Of a stretch of 50,811 nucleotides of DNA, positions 38,275 through 47,190 are shown in pieces. Made by a program: the position numbers and the translations under genes. The DNA lies in contig JAAOYA010000001.1 of the NCBI GenBank assembly GCA_018221105.1, forward strand, positions 1 through 50,811, read 5' to 3'. Within the stretch, counting starts at the first letter, position 1, and every line of letters begins with the position of its first letter. Source of the stretch: Candidatus Woesearchaeota archaeon (GTDB lineage Archaea > Nanobdellota > Nanobdellia > Woesearchaeales > JAAOYA01). The notes beneath the pieces were generated by a model. It saw only the letters and a program-made list of their open reading frames with translations, did not search any database and was not told the origin of the DNA.

Positions 38275-38385
38275 TTAATGGATGATTGACCAGTGGCATC
38301 GTCGGCACTGGTCACTGGACAAGCACGCGTGACTGTTATAAAGAAAAAACACCCTAAGCATTCTAACGAAAATGAGGTGATAAGT

Positions 38386-39192
38386 TTGTTTGAAGTCATG
38401 AAAACAGAATTAATATTGTCAAACGTTTCAAAAAGCACAATCAAAGCCTACTTGTATCAAAACCAGAAATTCATTGATTTTATTAATAAAAAACCAGAGC
38501 AAATCAAAAAAAGTGATGTAGTAGAGTACTTACTTGAATTACACACTAGAAATAATAGTCCAAGAACAATAAGATTGGCGATTGCAGCACTAAATTATTA
38601 TTACACAAAAATATTGCGTCGCAACATACTGAAACACATTAGGCAACCAAAAATACCAAAAAATCTTCCCAGAATTTTGGATAAGGAAGAAATTAAAAAA
38701 ATGATATTGGTGACTTGCAATCAAAAACATCGATTACTCATAAGTTTGATTTACTCTTCAGGAATGAGAGTCTCGGAGGCATTAAAAATTCGAAAACAAG
38801 ATATATATCAAGAAAAGAATATTGCGATTGTTCGCTCGGGTAAGGGAAACAAAGATCGTGTTGTTACGTTATCCAAAAACTTTGTTAGTGACTACCTCGA
38901 TTTTGAAAACAGTGTTTATGATTACTTATTTGTTGGCCAAAACAGTAAAACCTTAACTGTTAGGACTGCGCAAGAAATAATAGCTCAAGCAGCAAAAAAA
39001 GCCGGGCTTTCTAGCCACGCACATCCTCATAAGTTAAGGGCTAGTTATGCTACTCACTTATTAGACCAAGGTGTTGGCATTGAAACAGTCGCAAGCTTGT
39101 TAGGTCATTCTAGTGTTAACACAACAAGAAATTCTTACATAAAACTGAGCACTAAACGTTTAGAGCAATTACAGAATCCTTTAGATTGTTAG
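38386..39192 (+). CDS. Tyrosine recombinase (XerA/IntI-like)
   Basis: YSSGMRVSE (R), GKGNKDR (K), HPHKLR (HxxR), LLGH, TTRNSY (Y), C-terminal NPLD; GAGGTGA SD before TTG 38386 (alternative ATG 38398). Confidence 0.95.
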   Translation: MFEVMKTELILSNVSKSTIKAYLYQNQKFIDFINKKPEQIKKSDVVEYLLELHTRNNSPRTIRLAIAALNYYYTKILRRNILKHIRQPKIPKNLPRILDKEEIKKMILVTCNQKHRLLISLIYSSGMRVSEALKIRKQDIYQEKNIAIVRSGKGNKDRVVTLSKNFVSDYLDFENSVYDYLFVGQNSKTLTVRTAQEIIAQAAKKAGLSSHAHPHKLRASYATHLLDQGVGIETVASLLGHSSVNTTRNSYIKLSTKRLEQLQNPLDC

Positions 39193-39552
39193 TTATTCTA
39201 ACTGGCAACCTGTTAGTTCTGATAGTGTTTCTAGTTCTTGCAATCCTACTAGTTGTTGATCATTGATGATCCATGTTGGATAAGCTGTTATTTCTTTTTC
39301 TTCACAGTACTCTTCTGCTGTTGTGCACTCAATGTAGACAATGTTACTGAAAGCGTTTTTTCCAAACATGTTTTTTTGGTCTTGACAATTGTGACACCAG
39401 TACGTGCCATACATTTCAACACCTTGACTTGTCAAACACTCTGCGAAAGCTGTTCTGTCTGGTGAAAAACTGATCACTGTCAGTATAATGCCTGCGATTG
39501 TTATTGCAACGATTGCCGCGTACAACGCGTTTTTATGTTTTTTCAAATTCAT
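39193..39552 (-). CDS. Membrane-anchored thioredoxin/glutaredoxin-like protein
   Basis: MYGTYWCHNCQDQK...YIEC...C....I.AYPTW. Confidence 0.88.
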   Translation of the reverse strand: MNLKKHKNALYAAIVAITIAGIILTVISFSPDRTAFAECLTSQGVEMYGTYWCHNCQDQKNMFGKNAFSNIVYIECTTAEEYCEEKEITAYPTWIINDQQLVGLQELETLSELTGCQLE

Positions 39553-39557
39553 TTTTT

Positions 39558-40478
39558 TCAGAAGTTTTTGTTAATGTACTCGAATGCTGAGTGTGAGGCG
39601 CTAACACCTTGTGCTACTCCTGTTATTGCTTGTTTGAAAGTGCTGTTAGTAACATCTCCTGCACCGTAAAAGCCTTCAATGTTTGTCTTGCCTACTTTGT
39701 CTACTATTACTTGATTGTGTTCATCTAACTCGACACCGGCGTCTTTTGCTAAACTGCTTAATGGTATGCGACCGATTTCTACAAATAAACCGTCAAACTC
39801 TAATTCTGTTTTTCCACCAACAGGGTTTTGTAATACTACAGATGTTAATTTTTTACCATCACCTTTTATTTCAACAATAGTGTTATTGGAAATGGTGCTA
39901 ATATTGGTGGTTTCTTTCATTTTTTTAACATTGATTGGTTCTCCGCGAACATCATCGTGCAAGTGTATTACTGTAACTTTGTCTGCGTGTTGTGCTACAG
40001 CGACTGATTCTTTTACAGCGCCGTCACCACCTCCTACCATTGCAACGTTTTTACCCTTATACAAAGGAGCGTCGCATAATGCGCAAAAGTGTACTCCGCG
40101 TGCTAGATATTCTTTTTCTCCTGGCACTCCTAGTTTTCTGTAGTCTGTGCCGGTGGCAAAAATAATTGTTTTAGCATTTACCACTTCACTTTTAGTATTA
40201 GTAGTTGCAAACATTTTATCATTTTTTTCAATTTTTTCAATAGAGCCCATAGTCACTTCAGCGCCTGATGTTTTGGCGTGAGCTGTTAATTTGTCAACTA
40301 ATTCCATGCCACCAATTTTTTCAAATCCTGGATAGTTTTGAATGTCATCTGTTAGCATTGTAGCGCCGCCTGGTTCTTTGCCAACAACTAATGTTTTTAG
40401 ATTAAAGCGTCCTGAGTACATTGCAGCGGCCAGTCCTGCCACGCCGCCCCCGATTATTAGAACATCGACTTCTGTCAT
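39558..40478 (-). CDS. trxB: Thioredoxin-disulfide reductase
   Basis: IIGGGVAG, ATG, CALCD, VGGGD, T...G.YGAGDV, KQAIT. Confidence 0.93.
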   Translation of the reverse strand: MTEVDVLIIGGGVAGLAAAMYSGRFNLKTLVVGKEPGGATMLTDDIQNYPGFEKIGGMELVDKLTAHAKTSGAEVTMGSIEKIEKNDKMFATTNTKSEVVNAKTIIFATGTDYRKLGVPGEKEYLARGVHFCALCDAPLYKGKNVAMVGGGDGAVKESVAVAQHADKVTVIHLHDDVRGEPINVKKMKETTNISTISNNTIVEIKGDGKKLTSVVLQNPVGGKTELEFDGLFVEIGRIPLSSLAKDAGVELDEHNQVIVDKVGKTNIEGFYGAGDVTNSTFKQAITGVAQGVSASHSAFEYINKNF

Positions 40479-40554
40479 CTAAAAAGCGATTACTTCATTG
40501 TTTATTAAGTTTTTGTCAAAAGCTTTTTAAAGAATAAACCTGTTTGAAACTTCT

Positions 40555-41364
40555 ATGCTAAAGAGGGGGTTAAACAGTATTATTGTTGATTGTAAAAATG
40601 CTAGTTTGCAAGTTAGATTACATTATGAAAAGTTTTTTTTGATAGTGTTGGCTGATTTATTGTTCTTTTTTAATATTGGATTTTTTAGTTTTTTAGTAAA
40701 AGAACAAATACTAAAACATGCTTTTGCGGCTAGTCAAGCTATTGGCAGCGCCACGCGTCAAATAACTGCTGATGAAGTATTAACTAGTGGATTGTTTAGC
40801 GGTTTTAGTAGTGGCAGCGCACAATTTAATATTATACTACTCTGGTTTTTGTTTTTGGCAATTGGATTGTACTTATTGTTTGTCTTATTTCAAGGTTTTA
40901 GTTTTAAACAAGCAGTGTTAATAACTGATCAAAAACCAAAAAAGTGGTTTTCAAAGTTCGCTTTTGTTAACTTGTACTGGTTTGGACTTTTTATTGCAAT
41001 ATGGTTTTTGTTTCGCTTAAGACATTTCTTATTAGTCATTAATAAGCAGGCAACAGTAGGAGTTTATAGCTTGGCAGACCCTATAGTTTGGCTTTTCTTC
41101 ATATTATACGCAGTGCTGTTTTATGTTGCGCTAATAAGTTATCATTTGTTAATAACCACAAAAAAACCAAATGTTTTCAAAGAAAGTTTCAAACAAGCTT
41201 TTACTAATATTAAATACTTAAAAGCGTTAACGCCATTGCTTGTTAGCGGATTTATCATTTTTATTATTGACTCTTTACTTGGAGCGAACTTTTTATTTCA
41301 ATTATTAATAGTGCTGCCATTTTTTGCGTGGGCACGAATAAACTTTTTTAACACAGTAAAATGA
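40555..41364 (+). CDS. Polytopic membrane protein
   Basis: About 6 hydrophobic segments. Confidence 0.75.
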   Translation: MLKRGLNSIIVDCKNASLQVRLHYEKFFLIVLADLLFFFNIGFFSFLVKEQILKHAFAASQAIGSATRQITADEVLTSGLFSGFSSGSAQFNIILLWFLFLAIGLYLLFVLFQGFSFKQAVLITDQKPKKWFSKFAFVNLYWFGLFIAIWFLFRLRHFLLVINKQATVGVYSLADPIVWLFFILYAVLFYVALISYHLLITTKKPNVFKESFKQAFTNIKYLKALTPLLVSGFIIFIIDSLLGANFLFQLLIVLPFFAWARINFFNTVK

Positions 41365-42101
41365 AAAACTTAATCAACATAGTAAAAAAAGATTATAAAA
41401 CACTTTTAGAAGTAGGAGTTTATGACTTGCTAGCCTTAAGTACACCTTTTATTGTAGCACTATTTTGGAGCGGCATTTTACAAGTCAATCAAGAATTAAT
41501 AATCAGTCTAGTAACACGTCACATATTCTTTTTTATTATTTTTCTAGCATTGTTCATAGTATATATTTTAACGCTTTTACTGCCTTATTCACTGTTCAAA
41601 CTTTTTAGCACTCAAGTATTACTCAAAAAACAGGGCAGTGTTAAAGATTATTCAAAGTTTTACTGGTTAAACACTGGCATTGCATTAATTGTTAGCTTTT
41701 GGGCTCTGCTAATCACCGCAATACTTTTTTTGATTATTAAAGTTCAATTCAGACAGCACACAGCACTAATACTATTTTCACTATTAGCATTTTACTCTTA
41801 TATTTACTTAAACAAAGCACAACAAAGTAATTTGTTAAAAAAACAAAGCATTAAGAAAACATTATTTGAAAGTTGTAAAATCTCAAAAGATTTTATGTTG
41901 CAATTAAAAGTTTTAACAACACTAGTAACCGGACTAATAACTTTTTTTGCTCTTTACTACCTGCTAGTTTTTATTGCAAAACCACTACTAGTAAAAAGCA
42001 TAATATTACAATACGCTTTATTTACTATTATTGGAGGCACATTATTTCTTTTTACTAGCATACTGGCAAAATTGTTAATGCGCCACGACCAAAAAACTTA
42101 A
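41361..42101 (+). CDS. Polytopic membrane protein
   Basis: About 6 hydrophobic segments; ATGA overlap with the previous gene. Confidence 0.75.
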   Translation: MKNLINIVKKDYKTLLEVGVYDLLALSTPFIVALFWSGILQVNQELIISLVTRHIFFFIIFLALFIVYILTLLLPYSLFKLFSTQVLLKKQGSVKDYSKFYWLNTGIALIVSFWALLITAILFLIIKVQFRQHTALILFSLLAFYSYIYLNKAQQSNLLKKQSIKKTLFESCKISKDFMLQLKVLTTLVTGLITFFALYYLLVFIAKPLLVKSIILQYALFTIIGGTLFLFTSILAKLLMRHDQKT

Positions 42102-42127
42102 AAACAACTTGCGATTACTAAATAATA

Positions 42128-42322
42128 ATGGCTTACAAGATAACAATTGACGCTGATGCTTGCATTGGCTGTGGTGCTTGCGCCGCAGTATGCCCTGACG
42201 TTTACGAAATGGCTGATAATGGCAAAGCAATAGCGAAAACAGAGACAGTAGAAGATCCAACGTGCGCACAACAAGGAAGCGATGGCTGCCCTGTAACGTG
42301 CATAAAAATAGAGCAGGTGTGA
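42128..42322 (+). CDS. Monocluster ferredoxin
   Basis: CIGCGAC...CP and a distal CP..CI. Confidence 0.95.
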   Translation: MAYKITIDADACIGCGACAAVCPDVYEMADNGKAIAKTETVEDPTCAQQGSDGCPVTCIKIEQV

Positions 42323-42324
42323 AA

Positions 42325-42387
42325 ATGGGATGCAAACCAAGAAAGAAGTGTGGTACAACAAAGAAAAAGACTGTTAAGAAAAAATAA
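42325..42387 (+). CDS. Possible 20 aa basic micropeptide MGCKPRKKCGTTKKKTVKKK
   Basis: ATG 2 bp after the ferredoxin stop with AGGTG SD; Lys-rich composition like other tails in this genome. Confidence 0.45.
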   Translation: MGCKPRKKCGTTKKKTVKKK

Positions 42388-42391
42388 TCAA

Positions 42392-42455
42392 TTCTTTTTA
42401 TCAAAAACAATGTTTTTGGAAATGCTCAAAATTCATAAAGAATTTTGACATTTTT
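42392..42455. repeat. ~62 bp double-hairpin intergenic repeat, copy 2 (inverted relative to copy 1)
   Basis: CAAAAAC-AAT-GTTTTTG plus ATGCTCAAAATTC-n5-GAATTTTGACAT. Confidence 0.8.
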
Positions 42456-42495
42456 AATTAATTTTATAAACAATTAATGAATTCTACTCGAGAAA

Positions 42496-42873
42496 ATGAC
42501 TGAAGATAACATACCTTGTACAATGTGTGGAAAGTGCTGTGAGTATGTGTGCTTGCAAATTGACGAACCGCAAGACTATGATGACTTTCAAAATATACAA
42601 TGGTATGTTGCACACAAAAACGTCAAAGTATTCGTAGATGACGATGATGGCAATTGGTACTTACAATTCTACAGTCCATGTAAGTACTTGACTGATGACA
42701 AAATGTGTTCGTTGCACTCTGAAAACGGCAAGGATGCTAAATTTGACATTTGCAAAAAACATGATTCTGAAACTTGTGACAATCACGGTGAAGTTGAAGG
42801 CGAAAGGTTCGCCTTTACAGAAGTGGACCAAGTACTAAAATACATGGAATTAAAAAACATAAAAAAAGAATAG
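42496..42873 (+). CDS. YkgJ-family (CxxCxxCC) Fe-S/zinc cluster protein
   Basis: CTMCGKCC...PCKYL....MC..H......IC. Confidence 0.88.
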   Translation: MTEDNIPCTMCGKCCEYVCLQIDEPQDYDDFQNIQWYVAHKNVKVFVDDDDGNWYLQFYSPCKYLTDDKMCSLHSENGKDAKFDICKKHDSETCDNHGEVEGERFAFTEVDQVLKYMELKNIKKE

Positions 42874-42960
42874 TTTCAAAAAACTTTAAATATAACTTAG
42901 CCACAATTTCTTTTGAAGAGGTGAATTTCACTTCAAGACTAATTCTTGAAGATTAAAAAA

Positions 42961-43953
42961 ATGCATACTGTAATGATTAATGGACTGCCAGGAAGTATGG
43001 CAACAAAAGTGCATGAGCACGTACTAGCCAACCCGCAGTTTTTTGCTATACCCTATTCTTTAACAGGGCCAGAAATAAGTAAAGAAGGTCTGTACTATGA
43101 ACTTTTAAAACCTTGGAATAGGGAAGGAATGATGAATGTTCTAAAAAAAGAACACGAATCAGTTGTTGCTGTTGATTACACACTGCCCGATGCAGTTGAG
43201 GATAACGTTGACTTATACAGTCGTTACCGTATTCCTTTTGTTATGGGAACAACAGGTGGTAATCGTGATGCTTTAGAAGCAAGAGTTCAACGCTCTGTTA
43301 TTCCTGCAGTTATTGCTCCTAACATGGCAATGCCGATAGTAGCACTTCAAAAATTTATAGAAGATTTTGCAGCCGAAAATCCTGGAGGATTAGAAGGTTG
43401 CACTTTAAAGATTGTTGAAAGTCATCAAGCAAGCAAAAAAGATACTAGTGGCACAGCTAAAGCAATGATTAAGTATTTTAAACAACTAGGAATACCTTAT
43501 AATATTGAACAATTACACAAAAATAAAATTCGTGGTAGAGAAGATAGCTTAAATTTTGGCGTGCCAGAAGAACACTTAAGCGGTCACGGATATCACACTT
43601 ATGCTCTTAGAGGTGATTCTGGTCACCCTGGAATTGTTTTATTAGGACAATTATACCATGATTTTTTGATGAACAACGCTGTTTTTGAAGGTTATGATTT
43701 TGGAGATGATGATGACAGTGAAACGTTAAAATTTTATAGGACATCGCCAGATGCTACTGTCTTTTTTAGTATAGAAAGTAGTGGTGATGGACAAGTGTTA
43801 AATCTTACACACAATGTTGATGGCCGTGACGTTTATGCTCTTGACACGCTCGAAGCTGTTAAGTTCTTGCAAGAACAAATTGACGCTGGAGTGAAAGGTA
43901 AGGCTTTCTCTATGATTGATGTTTTAAACTGGGCTGCTGATAAACAAGAATAA
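42961..43953 (+). CDS. dapB: Dihydrodipicolinate (HTPA) reductase, plant-like type
   Basis: VMINGLPG.MA, VDYT.P.AV..N, PFVMGTTGG, APNM, ESHQASKKDTSGTAKA, HNV.GR.VYA. Confidence 0.9.
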   Translation: MHTVMINGLPGSMATKVHEHVLANPQFFAIPYSLTGPEISKEGLYYELLKPWNREGMMNVLKKEHESVVAVDYTLPDAVEDNVDLYSRYRIPFVMGTTGGNRDALEARVQRSVIPAVIAPNMAMPIVALQKFIEDFAAENPGGLEGCTLKIVESHQASKKDTSGTAKAMIKYFKQLGIPYNIEQLHKNKIRGREDSLNFGVPEEHLSGHGYHTYALRGDSGHPGIVLLGQLYHDFLMNNAVFEGYDFGDDDDSETLKFYRTSPDATVFFSIESSGDGQVLNLTHNVDGRDVYALDTLEAVKFLQEQIDAGVKGKAFSMIDVLNWAADKQE

Positions 43954-43955
43954 TG

Positions 43956-45512
43956 TTATTCTAGCATTTTCTTGCTTCTTTTTAGTTTGTGATAATTTAT
44001 TGCAAAACGGTGAGCTTCATCACGAATTCTCTGTAATAACTTTAACGCTTCACTTTTTTTGTTAAATTTTATAGCTTGTCGTAGTCCTGGAACAAAAATT
44101 TCTTCTTCGCGCTTAGCAATACTGATAATAGGAATTCTCAAGCCAAGTTTTCTAAGCTCTGCTAGTGCAGCGTTTAATTGTCCTTTACCGCCATCAATTA
44201 TTATCAAATCAGGCAATAATAAGTTGTACTCTTTTAGTCTCAAATAACGACGCCTGACGATTTCAGCAATCATCGCGTAATCATCCACTCCACTAACTGT
44301 TTTAATTGCAAAACGACGATAATTGTCTTTTTTTGGCTCGCTACCAACAAATTGTACCATTGCGCCAACAGAACTAGTGCCAGCGATGTTTGATACGTCA
44401 AAGCATTCGATGACTTGTGGGGCGCTTGGCAGAACAAGTTTTTCTTCTAATTGTTTTAATGCGTTATTAGCTCCTGACAAACTTAGTTGCGCATTTTTTA
44501 GTGCTAGTTCTACAAGTTTTTTCTTATCGCCTTTTTTTGGTGTTGTAATCTTGACTTTTTTGTTTTTCAGTTTTGCAAGAAATTTTTCAATATTTTTTTT
44601 ATCCAACACTTCTTGCGATGTTATAATTTCATCAGGCACAACACCACTATCATAGTAGAGTTTGATAAAAGTGTCAAGTAATTCTCTGTTGTACTCGTCA
44701 AAGCGGTATTCTTTTCGCGAGCTAATAACACCTTTTTTGATTTTGAATAATGTGATGACTGTTTCTTGTTCGCCCTGCGCTAGTCCTATAATGTTTTCAT
44801 CATGGTGTTTTATTGCTTCAACGTTCTGCTCTATTGCAGCGTGATCTAGGGCGCTTATTTGTTCTCTTAAATCAAGCGCTAGTTCATAGTCTTGAGTTTT
44901 TGAAGCAACACTCATCTCACCTTTTAGTGTTTTGATTAATTCTTTGTCCTTATTTTTTAGCAAAAGCTTTGCTTTTTCAATGTTAGTAGCATAACCTTCA
45001 ATTGATATGAATCCTTCGCATGGACCGTAACACTTTCCAATATGATAATTAAGACAAACTTTTTTTGGCATTGTCTTACAACTTCGTATTTTGAACATGT
45101 TACGACACAATCTAATTAAAGCATGACGACTGATGCCTTCAGTGTAAGGGCCAAAGTATTCACCTTTTAATTTTTTGTTGCGAGTAGAAAAAATCCTTGG
45201 GTATTTTTCGTCTGTTATTATAATGTATGCGTATGGAGTGTTATCTTTTAATGTTAAATTATAAATTGGACGATGTTTTTTTACTAGATTGTTCTCAAGC
45301 AGTAACGCTTCAACTTCATTGTTTGTGATAATAAATTCTGCATCATAAATGTTACCTATTAACAATTGGTTTTTTAGGGAGTGTGTTTTGCTCTGAAAAT
45401 AACTAGCCACGCGTTTTTTAAGATTTTTGGCTTTGCCAACATAAATAATCTTGCCACTAAAATCTTTAAACAAATAACAACCAGGATTTGTTGGCGGGTT
45501 GAAGTCTTTCAT
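43956..45512 (-). CDS. uvrC: Excinuclease ABC subunit C
   Basis: PGCYLF...YVGKAKNLKKRV, IECFDVSN, DDYAM, IDGGKGQL, RDEAHRFA; C-terminal HhH domain absent. Confidence 0.96.
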   Translation of the reverse strand: MKDFNPPTNPGCYLFKDFSGKIIYVGKAKNLKKRVASYFQSKTHSLKNQLLIGNIYDAEFIITNNEVEALLLENNLVKKHRPIYNLTLKDNTPYAYIIITDEKYPRIFSTRNKKLKGEYFGPYTEGISRHALIRLCRNMFKIRSCKTMPKKVCLNYHIGKCYGPCEGFISIEGYATNIEKAKLLLKNKDKELIKTLKGEMSVASKTQDYELALDLREQISALDHAAIEQNVEAIKHHDENIIGLAQGEQETVITLFKIKKGVISSRKEYRFDEYNRELLDTFIKLYYDSGVVPDEIITSQEVLDKKNIEKFLAKLKNKKVKITTPKKGDKKKLVELALKNAQLSLSGANNALKQLEEKLVLPSAPQVIECFDVSNIAGTSSVGAMVQFVGSEPKKDNYRRFAIKTVSGVDDYAMIAEIVRRRYLRLKEYNLLLPDLIIIDGGKGQLNAALAELRKLGLRIPIISIAKREEEIFVPGLRQAIKFNKKSEALKLLQRIRDEAHRFAINYHKLKRSKKMLE

Positions 45513-45524
45513 AGAGTGCGATAA

Positions 45525-46241
45525 TTAACTATTATTTTTAATGATTTTGAAACTTGTCAGTTCACCGTTTTGTTCTGTCATGAAAGCATTTGTTACATCT
45601 GCTTTATGATATAGTTTGTTGGTTATTAACCAATAATCAGAAGGAATAATTTCTTTTTTATTCAATTCATCAAGTGCGAACCATTGTAGTCTGCCATGGT
45701 TTGTTGCTTTTGGCTGTGTTGTTGTTGCTTTAACTGTTGTCAAAAAAAGTATGAAACTGTGTTTTAGAATGTCATCGCCCCTAACGTGTTCTTGCAAAAC
45801 AGCATTGACATTATCATATTCTACTTCAAGACCTGTTTTTTCTTTTGCTAATCTTAGACTTGCTTGCTCAAAGTTTTCTTCGAGTAGCATTTTGCCGCCA
45901 ATCAAGCTCCAATAATCTTTGTAAGGGCGCTTGTTGCGCTGTATCAATAACACTTCACCGTTATGAACTACTGCTACTAGTATTATTGGCAGAGGACTTT
46001 GTTCTTGGCCAGTAACATGCTCAAATACTGGAATGTATTTTTCTGCATTGCTTGTTAGCTTGTAATTATCATCTTTTTTTTCTAAAAGCCCTTGTTTGAT
46101 CATTTGCTCCAGATGATAAGCTACCATATTAGAGCGAATACTGAGAGCTTTTTCTATATCGCTGAATTTTAGTTTTGTTTTATCTAAAAATAATTCAAAT
46201 ATTGCTTCGCGTTCCTTTTTAACAAGTGTTTTTTGCGCCAT
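45525..46241 (-). CDS. Winged-HTH plus NUDIX domain protein
   Basis: FSDI......SN.VAYHL..M.K.GL then W...GGK....E....A..R...EKTGL. Confidence 0.85.
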   Translation of the reverse strand: MAQKTLVKKEREAIFELFLDKTKLKFSDIEKALSIRSNMVAYHLEQMIKQGLLEKKDDNYKLTSNAEKYIPVFEHVTGQEQSPLPIILVAVVHNGEVLLIQRNKRPYKDYWSLIGGKMLLEENFEQASLRLAKEKTGLEVEYDNVNAVLQEHVRGDDILKHSFILFLTTVKATTTQPKATNHGRLQWFALDELNKKEIIPSDYWLITNKLYHKADVTNAFMTEQNGELTSFKIIKNNS

Positions 46242-46295
46242 TACTCGAATTGAATCGAGCGATTATTTAAAAAAACTACTAAAACTGGTTGTTTG

Positions 46296-46751
46296 ATGAA
46301 AGAAAAAACTCATTATATTGCTGTTACTGGTATAATAAAAAAAGACGGTAAGTATCTTATTTGTAAGCGCTCACCCAATGAGAAAGTTTTCCCGTCTAAA
46401 TGGTGTGTTCCAGGTGGAAAACTAGAACAACACGATTTTGTCAACGATGCCAATGACGTTGGCGCTTACTGGCTTGACGTATTCGAAAAAGTCCTAAAGC
46501 GAGAAGTATATGAGGAAACTGGCCTTGAAATTGACAATATTGGCTATGTTAGTAACTTAGCGTTTATGCGCCCTAACGAGTATACAACAATCATTATCAG
46601 TCTCTTCGCCGATTATGCTAGTGGAGAGATAAAACTTCACGAGAAAGAATTAGTTGATCACGCTTGGGTCACACTGTCAGAATTAAAAGATTATGATTTA
46701 TTAGACACTTTATACGAGCAAATTGAGAAAGTACACAAGCGAGAATGCTAA
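46296..46751 (+). CDS. NUDIX hydrolase
   Basis: W.VPGGKLE...REVYEETGL. Confidence 0.92.
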   Translation: MKEKTHYIAVTGIIKKDGKYLICKRSPNEKVFPSKWCVPGGKLEQHDFVNDANDVGAYWLDVFEKVLKREVYEETGLEIDNIGYVSNLAFMRPNEYTTIIISLFADYASGEIKLHEKELVDHAWVTLSELKDYDLLDTLYEQIEKVHKREC

Positions 46752-46782
46752 AATTTATTAATAAGATTGTTCTATTAGCGAA

Positions 46783-47184
46783 ATGACAATTTATGATGGA
46801 ACTATTCAACCATTAGGTAGCCTCAATGAATTAGCCAAACGTCCAGATGCTTATGTATCTGCTGCTAATATCGCAATTTCAATTGTTAAAAGAGCAAGCT
46901 CGCCCTCAGATTTTATTCCTGCTTATAAAACTTTGATATCAACTTGTTGTAGTGATTTTGGTATTACTGATACTGAAAAGTTTAAAGAAGGACTTCCAGT
47001 TTTTTGGCAGAACATACAGGAGATTACTGGAAAGTTATTTAATCCTTTAGAAGCGTTAGTTGTTGAGCATGATATTGAAATGCCGTATTTTCTTTTGCAA
47101 GTTTTTATAACTTGGGGAATTGATAAATCAGACTTTGCTACTGTAGATGATTTAACAAACATCAGAGCTACGTTATATGATTGA
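46783..47184 (+). CDS. Hypothetical protein
   Basis: 133 aa ORF with an upstream TATA-like box. Confidence 0.6.
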   Translation: MTIYDGTIQPLGSLNELAKRPDAYVSAANIAISIVKRASSPSDFIPAYKTLISTCCSDFGITDTEKFKEGLPVFWQNIQEITGKLFNPLEALVVEHDIEMPYFLLQVFITWGIDKSDFATVDDLTNIRATLYD

Positions 47185-47190
47185 AGGTAC

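Larger units (their letters stand above)
34664..39192. mobile_element. Integron-like cassette array (4 cassettes) plus tyrosine recombinase
   Basis: Four related hairpin sites alternate with 1-2 gene modules and end at a simple site 5' of the recombinase gene. Confidence 0.85.

Noticed and set aside
38263..38279. Similarity of TATACGAAAGTTAAT to the loxP arm TATACGAAGTTAT
   Set aside because: Only one imperfect arm, and the recombinase is not Cre-like; better explained as a generic tyrosine recombinase arm.
38293..38385. N-terminal 31 aa of the integrase as given by the ORF track
   Set aside because: Overlaps a hairpin and promoter region; the SD points to a start at 38386 or 38398.
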